In this document: positions 23,601 through 35,109 of the stretch, in pieces
How the letters are laid out: each line of letters begins with the position of its first letter
Numbering within the stretch: the stretch's first letter is position 1
DNA from: Marsupella aquatica
Lineage: Eukaryota; Plantae; Marchantiophyta
DNA length: 64,000 nucleotides
NCBI GenBank assembly: GCA_973895155.1
Contig: OZ316892.1
Coordinates: 12,464,238-12,528,237 of the forward strand
Reading direction: 5' to 3'
Made by a program: the position numbers and the translations under genes
Notes under the pieces: model-generated
Told to the model about the DNA's origin: nothing
The model's input: only the letters and a program-made list of their open reading frames with translations
The model's database searches: none

Positions 23601-24364
23601 AAACCTGATCTGCGGAAGAACGCCTAAGTTGACCGGGTTGGTCTATTGTCGTCAGTTCTTGGTGTGAGGAGAACTGCATGTAGACGTTCCGACCTCTGCA
23701 CACATGGTAAAAGACAAATAAATACCCATTATAGCTCTACAAGAAAGTGATGAGTGCATAGACGATCAATTAATCGACTTACTCACAAAATTAAAGCTTT
23801 GGCGAATACTAGTGATTGCAGCAAAACCTACCTTACACTGGGCTGGATCGTGGAGTAGTATTGCATGACATTAATCGCAGAAGGAATGTCCTGCATTTGC
23901 AACAGGGCCTGCACACCATCCATGAAAATCTTAGCCACCACAATGAGACTTGAACAAGAAGTGCATACCTACGCCCTTTCACACTCATTTCATCTACAGA
24001 TATCCGTAAACCTTAATTCAACGCCGTCAGACCATTCTCGAGCTAAATCGTTGAACTGGGTTAGTGCGCACCTGATTTTTCGCACGAAGCATCACAACCT
24101 TCTGTACAACTCCAAATGACTGAGAAAGTTGAAGAAGATCATGCTGTATTGGATAGAAGACATTGAAACGAAAACGAGATTAAAAACAACCTTCCGCTAG
24201 CCTTAGTCACATGGGCATAACGGAACCCATCAATAAAAATGACCCGAACAGAATTATGGCAAACAGTAAAAGACGGGGAACAAATAAAGTATCAAGGGCA
24301 AAACTACCTCAGTTATTTCGGGGCCCACGTTCCGAAAATGAAGGACCTTAGATGGCTCTGTCAT
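20627..24364 (-). CDS. PTB3: Polypyrimidine tract-binding protein homolog 3 (four RRMs; 14 coding exons traced)
   Basis: Spliced translation MTEPSKVLHFRNVGPEITE|HDLLQ…RAKNQ|ALLQMQD…GRNVYMQFSSHQELTT…PNRILLITIHNPLYPITVDVLHQVFSPHG…GRNIYDGCCTLDIQFS…LPPGITGTNER…GDGFQAELAV…NLNRFNRNAAKNYRYCC…IRLAFSKLATV follows plant PTB3 along its length. All introns are GT-AG and phases are consistent. Confidence 0.96.
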
Positions 24365-25082
24365 CTTGAACTTCGCGGCAGCACCCTGATGTAAAAGAAA
24401 ATTTCCCTGTCTCCACTTGGAAGGTTGTATGCAAGCAGAAAATCCCTATCAGACCACAGATCCAACGACAACTAAGTTGAGTAACTAAAATCACAAATTG
24501 GTTAGGCTTCTCGCCAATGAAGAAAGCTATTACTTTCCGCGGACTTTTCCGACTCAAAGGGAACGGTCCACATGTCTCTCAGAAATCTACAAAGAGAACC
24601 CCCTAACTGTATGGCCGCATTGCTGTTGCGAAAAACCATCCCTCCGAGGTGAGAGACTCTGAAACCAGAGCTATGTATGTGTAGACGCAGGGAACAACCG
24701 TCCGCGCAGCATAATTATGCCCATGCAATCCTCGCAAAAAGAGGGAGACGTCCACACCTTACATCGTTAACAAACGGTAACGAGCTCATACGGTCCTACT
24801 GAAGAGAGAATATCGTACTCTACCGTATCACTGAGGTCTACACCTCTTCGACAGACGACGGCACACGAAGGCGATGGCGTCGAAACTCGAGCTCCCGACG
24901 AACTGCAAGGATATCGGACGCAACGACCCCGTAGACACGGCCAACGTGCCCGGACGAGGAAGGCAACGAAACATGAGCGACAACCTACGCGTTCGTCTTC
25001 TGACCGACTAGTAACCTAACGCTGCCGAGAGCAACGTCGCGCCCTGCAAACGCCATGTCGCACAAGAATAACAGCCCTCCAA

Positions 25083-25089
25083 AGCAGCA

Positions 25090-25122
<33 letters not shown>

Positions 25123-25353
25123 CCCCACCCCAACCAAAGCTGAATTAAAAACGTCCCAAGAGAATGTAATTGTCCCGACCAAACGGGCCACAGCAGGTCG
25201 AGCTTCAAGCTCTGCTGCCTTCCTCGAAGAAACGCACCGTGGTCACGGAACGTAGGAGCTGACCGAGCATGAGCAGGGTGAGGAGCAGGAGCAGGGTGAG
25301 GAGCAGGAGCATGAGCAGGATGAGGAGCAGGAGGAGGATGAGCAGCAGGAGGA
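25083..25353. repeat. (CAG)n microsatellite and GAGCAG/GAGGAG-type low-complexity repeat in the PTB3 5' leader region
   Basis: CAG run at about 25083-25122 and hexamer-like repeats at about 25265-25353. These read as C/U-rich on the PTB3 sense strand. Confidence 0.85.
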
Positions 25354-25677
25354 GTCTCGTCTGCCTCCTCGTAATAAGGACTTCGCTTGGTTTCTAACCG
25401 ACGCCCAAAACGACGATTCTATTGCCTCCACCTCTACACCACCATAACCATACGTGACGAGCTCGAAACTGAAGCACAAGACAGGAAGAGCAAAGACGTC
25501 GAGTGGGGCTGTGGGGGTGTGAGAGAGGCCATAAGTGCACCCTAATAATAAAACCGCATGGTCATAGGAGAACCTCGAGTTAGTCCTATTTAGAGCCTTC
25601 GGAGGGCCTTGTGGGGATGTAATAGGGCCTGTCAAAGTTGAGTTAGTCCTATTTAGAGGGCCTTATGGGATGTGATA

Positions 25678-25845
25678 GGGCGCGTCAAAGTTGTCCCTTA
25701 ACTCTTTGGTTACCACCTTTTTTTTGTTGGATGTACCACCTTTATGAAGTATGTATTTTGGTAACCCATAAGGATTCTCTCCTGTCCGTAAGTCTGTTTT
25801 ATGTCCTGAGCCGTAACTCAGGTACAACTGTGCTTTGACACGCCC
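25678..25845. mobile_element. MITE (168 bp), TIR GGGCG(C/T)GTCAAAG
   Basis: Starts GGGCGCGTCAAAG and ends CTTTGACACGCCC. Flanked by TA on both sides. Confidence 0.75.
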
Positions 25846-26241
25846 TAATAGTACGAGTCAAAGTTCAGCCATAAGGGTCCCACATTTTATCATGATATGT
25901 TAAAATGATGATTTTTTAATCATACATATCATAACATCCTCCTTTGTACGTACCTATATCATGGTGGAGCCCTAGAGTCACAGTCTATAAGCTTCACTCT
26001 AGAAGCCTAGACCTCAACTCTAGCTTCCCATCGCACTTTCTATATAAGATTTAGAGGGCCTTGTGGGATGTAATAGGTGTCACGGGTGATAACTGCACCC
26101 TAAACCACATTGGGGAACAGTCCTATTTGGAGGGCCTTATGGGATGTCATAGGTGTCACAGGCAATAACTGCACCCTAAACCACATTGTCAGAGGAGAAC
26201 CTCAAGTTAGTCCTACTTAGAGTGTCATATGGGATGTAATA

Positions 26242-26409
26242 GGATCATGTGTCAAAGTTCAGCCATAATAAAAGTCTTATGGCTGAAAATGTTGGGACAT
26301 AAGATTTGTATGGGGCATGTATGTAGGTCGCCAATAAGGAATGTCCTGGCCATAAAAGAGTTTTATGTCTTTGCCCGTACCTTCTTTATGACATTGTTTT
26401 GACATGCCC
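26242..26409. mobile_element. MITE of the same TIR family, degenerate left end
   Basis: …TGTGTCAAAGTTCAGCC … GTTTTGACATGCCC followed by TAATA. Length is similar to the neighbouring copies. Confidence 0.6.
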
Positions 26410-26414
26410 TAATA

Positions 26415-26581
26415 GGGTGTGTCAAAGCAGTGACATAAGCAAGGTTTTATGGCTAAAAATCTCTGGACATTCCATCCTGATGGGGCACGTAGTTAGGTAG
26501 TCGGTGACATTTTTGTTTAGATTGTAGAACCATTTTATGTCCTTGACTATGACTCAGTGACGGCCTTGCTTTGACACACCC
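26415..26581. mobile_element. MITE (167 bp), perfect 14-bp TIR GGGTGTGTCAAAGC
   Basis: GGGTGTGTCAAAGC … GCTTTGACACACCC with TA on both flanks. The 3' half resembles that of 25678-25845. Confidence 0.8.
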
Positions 26582-26585
26582 TAAT

Positions 26586-26878
26586 TGTAAGAAATCGCCA
26601 GCTCAGACTAGACAGCAAATGTGGAACATGAGAGAGACACTTAATCACATACTACACCGACGAGACACCACAAGTGGAAAAACTCTTTAAGGATCCATAG
26701 CATATGAGATTACATGTGAAGAATGAGGGAGAGAGAGTTCTCCCTCCAACCTATACCCCCCAAGGGGACTAAAATGTGTGGGCCTCAATGAGTGTATCTT
26801 TTTCTAATCTAACCAAGGGTCAACTAACCCTAACAAGGCCAAACTAACTAAGTTGAGAACTAGAGTCAATTCCTAACA
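26586..26878. mobile_element. Solo LTR, 293 bp, copy 2 (inverted relative to copy 1)
   Basis: TGTAAGAAAT…ATTCCTAACA flanked by the 5-bp TSD CTAAT (26581-26585 and 26879-26883). Its reverse complement aligns end to end with 7874-8166. Confidence 0.85.
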
Positions 26879-26884
26879 CTAATA

Positions 26885-27129
26885 GGGTGTTTTCGGGGGT
26901 GTTTCAAAGCTTCAAAGTTGCAGACAATGGTTGTTGGCCATAATTTTTTTCTCCTGGTTATGTTAAAAAAACATTTGTTACATTTGCCTCTAGAGTGACT
27001 TATTGTCATGGCATATCACCAATCGTTATGGCAAAAAGTTATGGATTATGAACTTGGTAGTCCATAGTTTTTGTCCGTAACCTTAACTACTGAGTTAAGG
27101 TCCATCAAATTTGAAGTTTTGACATGCCC
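26885..27129. mobile_element. Non-autonomous TIR element (~245 bp), related copy at about 63695-63958
   Basis: Ends are GGGTGTTT… and …TTTTGACATGCCC|TA. The internal block GGTAGTCCATA…TAACCTTAACTACTGAG…AAGGTCCATCA is found reverse-complemented at about 63715-63830. Confidence 0.65.
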
Positions 27130-27753
27130 TAACACCTCTACAAATGAGAGCTTCCGTTTGAGTCTTGAGGGGTTATTATTGCCCAGAATGCTCCACAAAC
27201 AGGGCCTTACTACACTTAAAGGTTTGAGAGATTTTTTCTTTTTTTAATTTTAGTGAAAGTCAAGTAGAATATTCCTGAAGAGGTGATTCTGATCTTGGCG
27301 GGGCATTATGCTCCCAAAATGCCCTGAAAAATGCAAAGGGAAAAATCATGAAGGACATTAGGGATAAGGATAGCCAATGTTTGGGCGAGGATTACTCCAT
27401 TCTAACCTTTATGTTTGGAATGTGAGCGTAAGGTGACTGGTGGAGACTAGGTGGCACACGGGAAGCTTTTTTAAATGTCCAGATAATAGGGTTACAATCT
27501 AGTACCCTGCCTGGACCTCAGATATTATACGTATATCTTTTTTGGAAGACAGTGCATCTCAACTTCACTAAACTCCAGGCAAACCTCTAAGTGCTAAATT
27601 TTCCAGAAAAGAGTTCATATACTCTCATCAAGAACTTTCAAATTTTGTTAATTGAGAAATGCATGCATGTTCAAATTAAGTAGAGTACATCCTCCACTAA
27701 TATATATTATAGTAATATTGCAATGTTAGTTATTATGCAAACTCGCCTAAAGA

Positions 27754-27815
27754 GGCATGGTTGCGTGGTAGCTCACGTGAGTTGAGACTCATAGGTCTAG
27801 AGTTCAAATTTTGTG
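27754..27815 (+). other. Degenerate tRNA-like segment (possible SINE head)
   Basis: A-box-like TGGTTGCGTGG, stem GTGAG-TTGAGA-CTCAT, GGTC and B-box-like GAGTTCAAATTT occur at tRNA-like spacing. No acceptor stem. Confidence 0.3.
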
Positions 27816-28568
27816 GTTGGTTGTTCCCTTTATGAGGGGTTTCACATATTTCCCACAAAAACCAAGAAACAAAAGTTATTTTGTGGACTCTATCTCCTCT
27901 AGAAAGCTTGCACCTGAGCATTTTGAGTACTTGACCCTTCATTAGACTAGAGGCGTAGTAGAAAGTATGGCACAAAAGCTGAAGTGCATGGTGCTTTTAG
28001 TGGAAGTTTATTTTGCTTATACGAACATTAGTGTATTCTTATTAGTTGGTTCGTCCATAGATAAACATAAGTATGAATAATGACATAGGAATTTGGGGGT
28101 GACATATGTCATCATGAGGTTGGTCCATGTGTCACTTACTTATAGGCACAAGATATTGTGGAATGGGAATTAGACTGGGCACAAGAGCTTTATACCCTAC
28201 GAGCCCTATGGCAGTGCTTTGCACTGTGCAAGGAGGGCAGGCCCATAGGGATTGGCTGGGGCATTATGGGGCAGCGGGAAACAAATATGTGATAGGGGTG
28301 TACATTTCTCTCATCAATGGTCAGCAAAAACAGCTAATCAAATCCAACAGCTGTGGATCTTTCCCGGCCAGGAGCTTTTTTGTATTGGGATGAAGGACAA
28401 AAAAAGGTGGGATCTCTTATTTATAATTGTAGATGTTCACTCCATTATGCCTTAGGATTTTTTGGGGGGATAAATAGATTTTGTTAGGTATGTACTCTTA
28501 GTCGTCTAGGGTTACATTGTAACCATAGTTAGGGCTCATCTTGGTCGCAAACTAGGTTAGGTTAACTA

Positions 28569-28957
28569 CATTGTTCACCGTAATTAGTGTTAGTAAAATT
28601 GTTTTTACAACTAGTGTTAGTAAAAAATTAGTGTTGCTAACACTAATTTTGGTAAAAGTGTTTTGAGTCCAACTAACACAATTTTTGTTGGTTTTCAAGA
28701 CAGATTTTTCCCACTTTAGTTTAAATTGCTTGTAAAAAATGGATAATCTTGCGTCCAAAATAACACTGATTGTTGTGGATTTTTCATAATAGTTTTTTCC
28801 TCTCTATTTTGTCACTCTTAAGACCACAGTAACACTAATTCATATGAGCAAAAATAGTGTTAGCACAAAATTAGTGACTAACACTAATTCATGAGTAGAC
28901 CCTGAAAAATGGGCGCTCTCGAATTAGTGTTAGTCACACTAATTATGGTGAACAGTG
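28569..28957. mobile_element. Tc1/mariner-type non-autonomous element (389 bp) with TA TSD
   Basis: TA|CATTGTTCACCGTAATTAGTGT … ACACTAATTATGGTGAACAGTG|TA gives a 22-bp TIR with 2 mismatches. Multiple subterminal AATTAGTGTTAG / CTAACACTAATT motifs. Confidence 0.85.
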
Positions 28958-31900
28958 TAGGTTGCACACTCTATCCCAAACGATGTTTGCTTGGATAGGA
29001 GGAACTCATGTTCATTGTTACAGAGTCAGTTGAGAGATAGGTAGATCTTGTATTGGAGAGTCTACAATAGTTGGTCTTGCGTTCTTAAAGGACACACTCA
29101 GGAATGTATGCTTTAGATATATGAAGCATAGTTCAACTAGACTTGTCATATCTTAATAGCACTAGGTATATGGAAGATTTGGAAAGGCATGCTTTAATTT
29201 GGTGTTCCAAGGTCTACAATTCAAAAGGATGGTGTTATGTTAGGATGGTGTTATGTTAGGATAGGTACACCGGAGGTACAAAAGGTCCAAAAACAATCAA
29301 AGGATATGTTAAACTTTACAGACCCCCATGGTCCCCCAATCCCTTAGCATGACATGCGGCCACATCATCTATTCCATCACAAAAAGGAAAGTCTAGTATG
29401 TTCACACTGACCGTCACGCCGTAACAAACAAGCATGACTACCTGTGTTTGAAACGAGACTAATGAGAATAATCAGATCTTGGGACAATTAAAATTGGAAT
29501 GTTTGACAACAAAATGTCAAATAAAATAGGGGGTAGCAATGGTGCTCAACCATCACAAGTAAAGGTGCATAACATCAGATTCTTAGATCAAAAGATGGGA
29601 TCATATGTTTATGAATAATGGTGACGGTGTGCACGTTAAATTGACGGTACTTTAAGTTAGCCAATCAATTTGAGTGTTCATAATATTATTTCTGTGCTAC
29701 TGGTGTACGTAAGCATCCTAAGATGCGTCAAAATAAGCTTTTATTGTCTCAAGTCCAATTGGAACTCAGAGTTTTATGCTATCGCCTAGCTTGGGACCTA
29801 CTTACTAAGCAAATTTAAAGGAAAACTGTTTCCCAACAATGTTTGGTGACCCTTGTCAAACCAATTAGATGAAGAGAAGGAAAAAGAAAAAGGCAGAAGT
29901 GCGTTGGGATCGGGGAAGGAAAATAAGAATGGAAAGGGGTGAGAGGTTGGGGGCGAGCAAGTAGTTGGTAGAGAGTTTTGGGGTTGCAAGTTTATTAGGT
30001 AGGAGCAATCCTTGGAGCAATGCACTAGAATGTCTTTGTCCTCTCCTGATTGAGATACTCATTGTAACTCCTATCTACAATCTTTTTATAACTCTTGCCC
30101 ATCTTGCACACGAACAAGCTTATCTTGCCCACCAACAAATCCTTTGATGGACCATCTTCCGAACCAACAAGCCCATCCTGCCAGCCAACAAATTCTTTCA
30201 TGGACCATCTTCCGTGCCACTTGTATAGTTTTGCATTCAAAACATAATCCAGACATTACATTTTGGTCTTTGTTTCCCTTTGCGTCTATGTAACCTTTGC
30301 ATCTCCCCTGCACCTTTGACTCTTTCCTTCTCTTTGCACTCTCATTCCTGTCCTTGCAACTTTGACTGTCTCTTCTCTCTACAACTCATGCATTGATTTA
30401 TCTTTAGTCTATCATTTCAACAATTTCACCTTGACAATATGTATTCCGCATTGACAACATTATCCTTTAACATCACTTACATTCAGTATCACTTATGCTC
30501 AAACACACATTTGCCTGACATGATAACTGTAGAGACAACACTTTCACAAAGATAGCTTGACCACAATAACAATACACTTTGGCAACAACAACAAAGCAAC
30601 ACACTGGCATTTCAAATTACTTTGATATGGAGATTGTGTCATCTCTCCACGTTGCCACTTAAGAGAGAATGAAGAAATTCCACTTTTTTGTAAGATGCCT
30701 CAAGTGAGAATCTTTTGTTGGTCTACAGATGATTAGAGTCCGGTAGGGTTGAACATTGTTGTGTGCAATGACATAGTATTTGAGACTTTTTAAGAAAATA
30801 ACCGTTTTTGAGAATGGATTAAAGAACTTTGCCAGCTATGACAGTCAATTTTGTTTCACCAGGAGAGATCATGGGTTGGAGGTAAACTGGAAGGATTTTG
30901 TGACACTCCAAAAGATTTGAATTGTCATCCTCAAGACACTAAGCTACTTGGTGACAAGGAGACAAGGAAAATTTGCTGTGATCCCGGCATAGTCCCCTAT
31001 GTTGGGTCAGAAATAAATCATAGACAAGTATCATAGGCCATTGTTGTTGCTTCAAATAAATTACTCAAATAAATAGTGATTCAAGAATGACAGAATTTGG
31101 AGTATTATCTAGTTTACAAAGAGTTGTTCAAAAATCCCAATTCACTCACTTCTAGTACTAAAACCCCCACTAGCCATGACAATACCTGGATCTACCAGGT
31201 TTCACCATAAATAATACGAGCAAAATGGCACGAGAGAGGAGAAGAATGAGTGGAATGTAAAAAAAAGGAGAAGTCTATGACACTTTTCCCTTGTATATAT
31301 GGCTAGTGGCGGTTTAAGTAATATAAGTGTCTTTACAAGCATTCAGGCATACACAAGGATGGGGTCCAAGAACTAATGTTGAAAAGAGAGTCACGGAGAA
31401 ATCCAATCCTCTACAAGATCAAAGGTTGTACAATTGGTGTGAAGGTATGCAAGGTCCAAAAATAACCAATTTTCCCATTCCAAAGCATACCAAGGATTCT
31501 ATGGTGGATGCTGAGTATAATGTAATTTGGGTCAAGCCTTTATTCAGGTACTGCTTAATCCAAGGAAAGGGCATGTAATGGCATGTTATGTTAGCAAACT
31601 GAGTTACTTTTAAGTCTTACGGTCTAAAAGTGAAGCCTCTAGACCATGACTCTACTCTAACTCACAAAACACAGAGACAGAAAGTTGAACCAAAACAGCC
31701 AAACATCTTTTTTGTGCAAAGGTATTTTTGTGTCCTCCCATCTTTTTCTGTCCCTTAACTGGTAATCAAGGTTGGCTAGTATATCATATCTCACACTACA
31801 GTAAGGGATCCCGCTCATTTTTGGGCATCGTCTGCTTACAAAAGCAAGATTGGCCGGGATGTGACCTCAACAATTAGAATTAAACAAAGCTTTTTTGTGA

Positions 31901-32484
31901 CCCTTGATCAGCAAAATGCATACCTCTGGATATGGTCTCCTTTAACTCCCTTTCTGTAAGTTGGGTTTCTCCCAGTTTGTCTTTTGTGCTTGTCTATTCA
32001 CTTCTGTTCCCTTTAATTCCTTTCATCATGTGCATTGCCTTTCTTCCTATTTGTCTTTTGTGTCTATCATTTATAGTACATATGTCAAGACTAATGTGCA
32101 AGTTATTTTAGTATACATCCATATCTCATTTTTGTTTTTCTGGGGGCAGCAGTTTTCAAAAAAACATTGAGTTGTTTGTCTTTTTTGTCTCTTTGTAATG
32201 GTGAACATTTTGAGCTAGAAACTAATCCCATCGTGAACCATATGTTCCCATATTTTTGCAGATGGACCCTTGGATTTTGGTTACACCCATGAAGGATGAT
32301 AATTTTTATGAGTTTTAAGAATGCCTTTTAACTCCCAAGTTATGATCTGATCGTAGGGATACACGTCCTCATCACTGGAGGCCAGAGGTACATCCTTGCC
32401 CAATCACAAGGGTGTGGAGGGCATGCTGGGAGGTGAGGCAAGGGATGGTGGAAGGGGAGGGCAAGGAGGGCCTCACCTTTTCCC

Positions 32485-32525
32485 AGCCCAGCCCAGCCCT
32501 GCCCTGCCCTGCCCTGCCTTGCCCC
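32485..32525. repeat. Pentanucleotide microsatellite (CAGCC/CTGCC)n
   Basis: Direct reading: agcccagcccagccctgccctgccctgccctgccttgcccc. Confidence 0.85.
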
Positions 32526-33752
32526 ACATCACCCCACCCACCCCATCACTCTCACCCTCTCTCGCCTTGGCTTCTTTATTTCGCATTGGCCCCCCATCAC
32601 TTTTGCAACAACAATATGGTCCTTACAATCATATTGTGACACCTGAATTTTTCGCAAAATCAATGGCAGATGGAAATAAGATGCAAAGTTCACGAATTAA
32701 TTGCATTTTGGTACCCAAATGCCCAACTTTACCTTGCTGACAATACTTATGAAGGACGCTTCAGAGAGGTGTCCCATGGAGACCAAACTTATGTATTTCA
32801 AAGACAAATTTTTGTTACCCATTTACCTTAGTTATGTAGTGATCTTTTTCTACCTTAGTTTAGTACTCAATTTTTATTACCTTTTTTCTAAGTTTTGAAA
32901 AGGCATGACTTTTCATTTCCCCTTTTTATGCTCCACTTAGACCTATAAGATTATTGTTTTCCTTTTTGTTTTTCAGTGAAGCTTGTATTTAGTATTGCAA
33001 ACTTTTGCAAGTTTCCCTCCTTCCTTTGTAATCATTGCTTTCGAGAATGATTTATGAATGAAGTAAAACACTTCCTTTGTGATGTAATGAATTTATTCCT
33101 GTTGGTGCCTGAGTTTTCATTACAAATTTCCAAGATCATATGAATTCAAATTAGGATTGCTTGTGGGTCAAGAATCGCTAGGAATTCAATGATAAATGTG
33201 GATAAAAAGGAGCAAGATTCTGATTTCAGAATAGTTAGTACCGTTACCCATACTTTGGCATACCCACTAGTGATAGATCGGAGTTGCGTATCGTCGAAGT
33301 TCTATCCATGTTGACGGCATTTTAGTGCGTATCATTGTATCGGTCACCAGAAAGCTACTTTGGTGTTGGTGAGCATTTATCCTTTCTGTTTATATTTTCA
33401 TGGTGATGGAGAAGAGCAATTGAGGCAAGATTTGTTGCAATCTTGTTAACACAATAAGACCAGAATCCTTTTTGAAGGAGTGGCAGTGGAGATTCAATCC
33501 ATTGGACCTTGGTTCTAAAAGTTTTTCCATAATCCATGACTTGGGAATTAATCTTTTCTGTTCATTTTGTTAGTTTATCCATTTATTTCTCTTTTGTCTG
33601 AAGATTTGGTTGAGTGATACTCTTAAGTCTTCAAAACAGTTACAATCATTCAATCCATTCCTATTTTGTTCTTAAGGGATCGAAACCTTGGTCTTTAAGT
33701 GAAAAGTGTCACTTTTGATTCTTCCGGCTATATCACACATATGCCAGAAATC

Positions 33753-34123
33753 ACAATTGTGCAACACATGGCCACATAATTGTAACGATAACAAGGCTGC
33801 AACAGCACATAGGATGGCTCAATGACTTCCTTGCTTCACTTGCATTTCTTTGCCTCACCTTGACATTAATCGCGACAAGCTGACTCAACTTGCACAATGT
33901 TCCTTTTGGGCCCTCGTTTAAACTTTACTTATTGTTATCTCCCATTTTATTTTCTTTGTATCTCCCAATATATTGTTTTTCTGGCAAAGAGTTTTTGTTT
34001 GTTTGTTTCAGTAGGTCTTTTTCCTTCACTGCTTGCATGGCCGCATTGACAATTGTGCAATATGTGGCCATTGATTGCATAATTGTAACGATAACATGGC
34101 CGCAACAACACATAGGATGGCTC
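33753..34123. repeat. Dispersed direct repeat of about 70 bp (about 33753-33820 and 34049-34123)
   Basis: ACAATTGTGCAA…TGGCCA…CATAATTGTAACGATAACA…CACATAGGATGGCTC is present twice. Confidence 0.8.
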
Positions 34124-34612
34124 TTTGCATCACCCGATATATATATTTTTTGGCTCCAGTAGATTTCTCTTCCCCGGTTGGGTCACATTGTCTTTTTGAC
34201 ATGGACATCTTTCATGCATTGACAACATTTTTGCAACAACATCTTTTCTGCAATGCCATCTTATGTGCAACGTACGGGTATTGACCATGAAAACTATGAT
34301 TGTATTCTCAGGATGATACATAACATGCCTCAATAACTACCTCACAAATCTTATAGTTTTTGGCCTTGCTTTCATATTTTTTCCTCATCTCAACATCTTT
34401 TTCTCATTTGGACAATTTTTTCTCGCATCAAGATCTTGTCTTGCCTCCACATCTCTTCATCTTGACTTATGTTTCTCACCTCTTCAATTTCTGTGCAAGG
34501 CAGGGGCATAGGGCCTGGTGAGTATATATATAAAGAATTAGAGTGACAAGACATGGCATGATCTATGTGAGCGTGCCCTACCGGAGGTTGACAGAGCAAA
34601 TGGCTCGTGTTC

Positions 34613-34710
34613 GGACCGTTTACAAATGGGGTCACAACTAGTAAGCGTAGTAAGTAACTGGACCGTTTACAAATGGGGTCACAACTACTAATAAGCGTAA
34701 GTAAGTGGAC
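34613..34710. repeat. 47-bp tandem duplication upstream of gamma-COP
   Basis: GGACCGTTTACAAATGGGGTCACAACTA at 34613 and 34660. Confidence 0.9.
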
Positions 34711-35109
34711 ATAAGATGGATAGATACAGAATGGAATACAAAATAATGACGATTATCGTCGTACAGTGAGACTTCCGGAACCTCAGTGTGCCGTGCATCC
34801 AATAATGAGTGGACCAGTCGGAACGAAAAGGTGAGCAGCAGAGCAAAGGGGAGAGCAGAGCAGAGCAGTCCAGAGGGGAGGGGAGGGGAGGGGAGGGGAG
34901 TGTAGTGTCGAGGCTGTCGTCGCGCGACTCCGCATTTTACACTCTGCGCTTTCCGCAGTAGGGCCGGTAGGCGCAAAGGTTGTGCGAGACACCGTCCCTG
35001 TTTGGAGCGCGAAGGTTTTCTCACATCTATGTAGTTCGGGAGCTCGCGCGACCTCGGTCTTCCGTTCGTCGTCCCCGCAGCGGTAGAGGATCGCTTCCGC
35101 ATCGCAGCA

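Noticed and set aside
24985-25635. Poly-Q, poly-C and poly-S ORFs
   Set aside because: These are translations of microsatellites in the PTB3 leader region.
29798-31578. Retrotransposon coding remnants
   Set aside because: The region looks repeat-derived, but I could not identify any RT, integrase or transposase motif.
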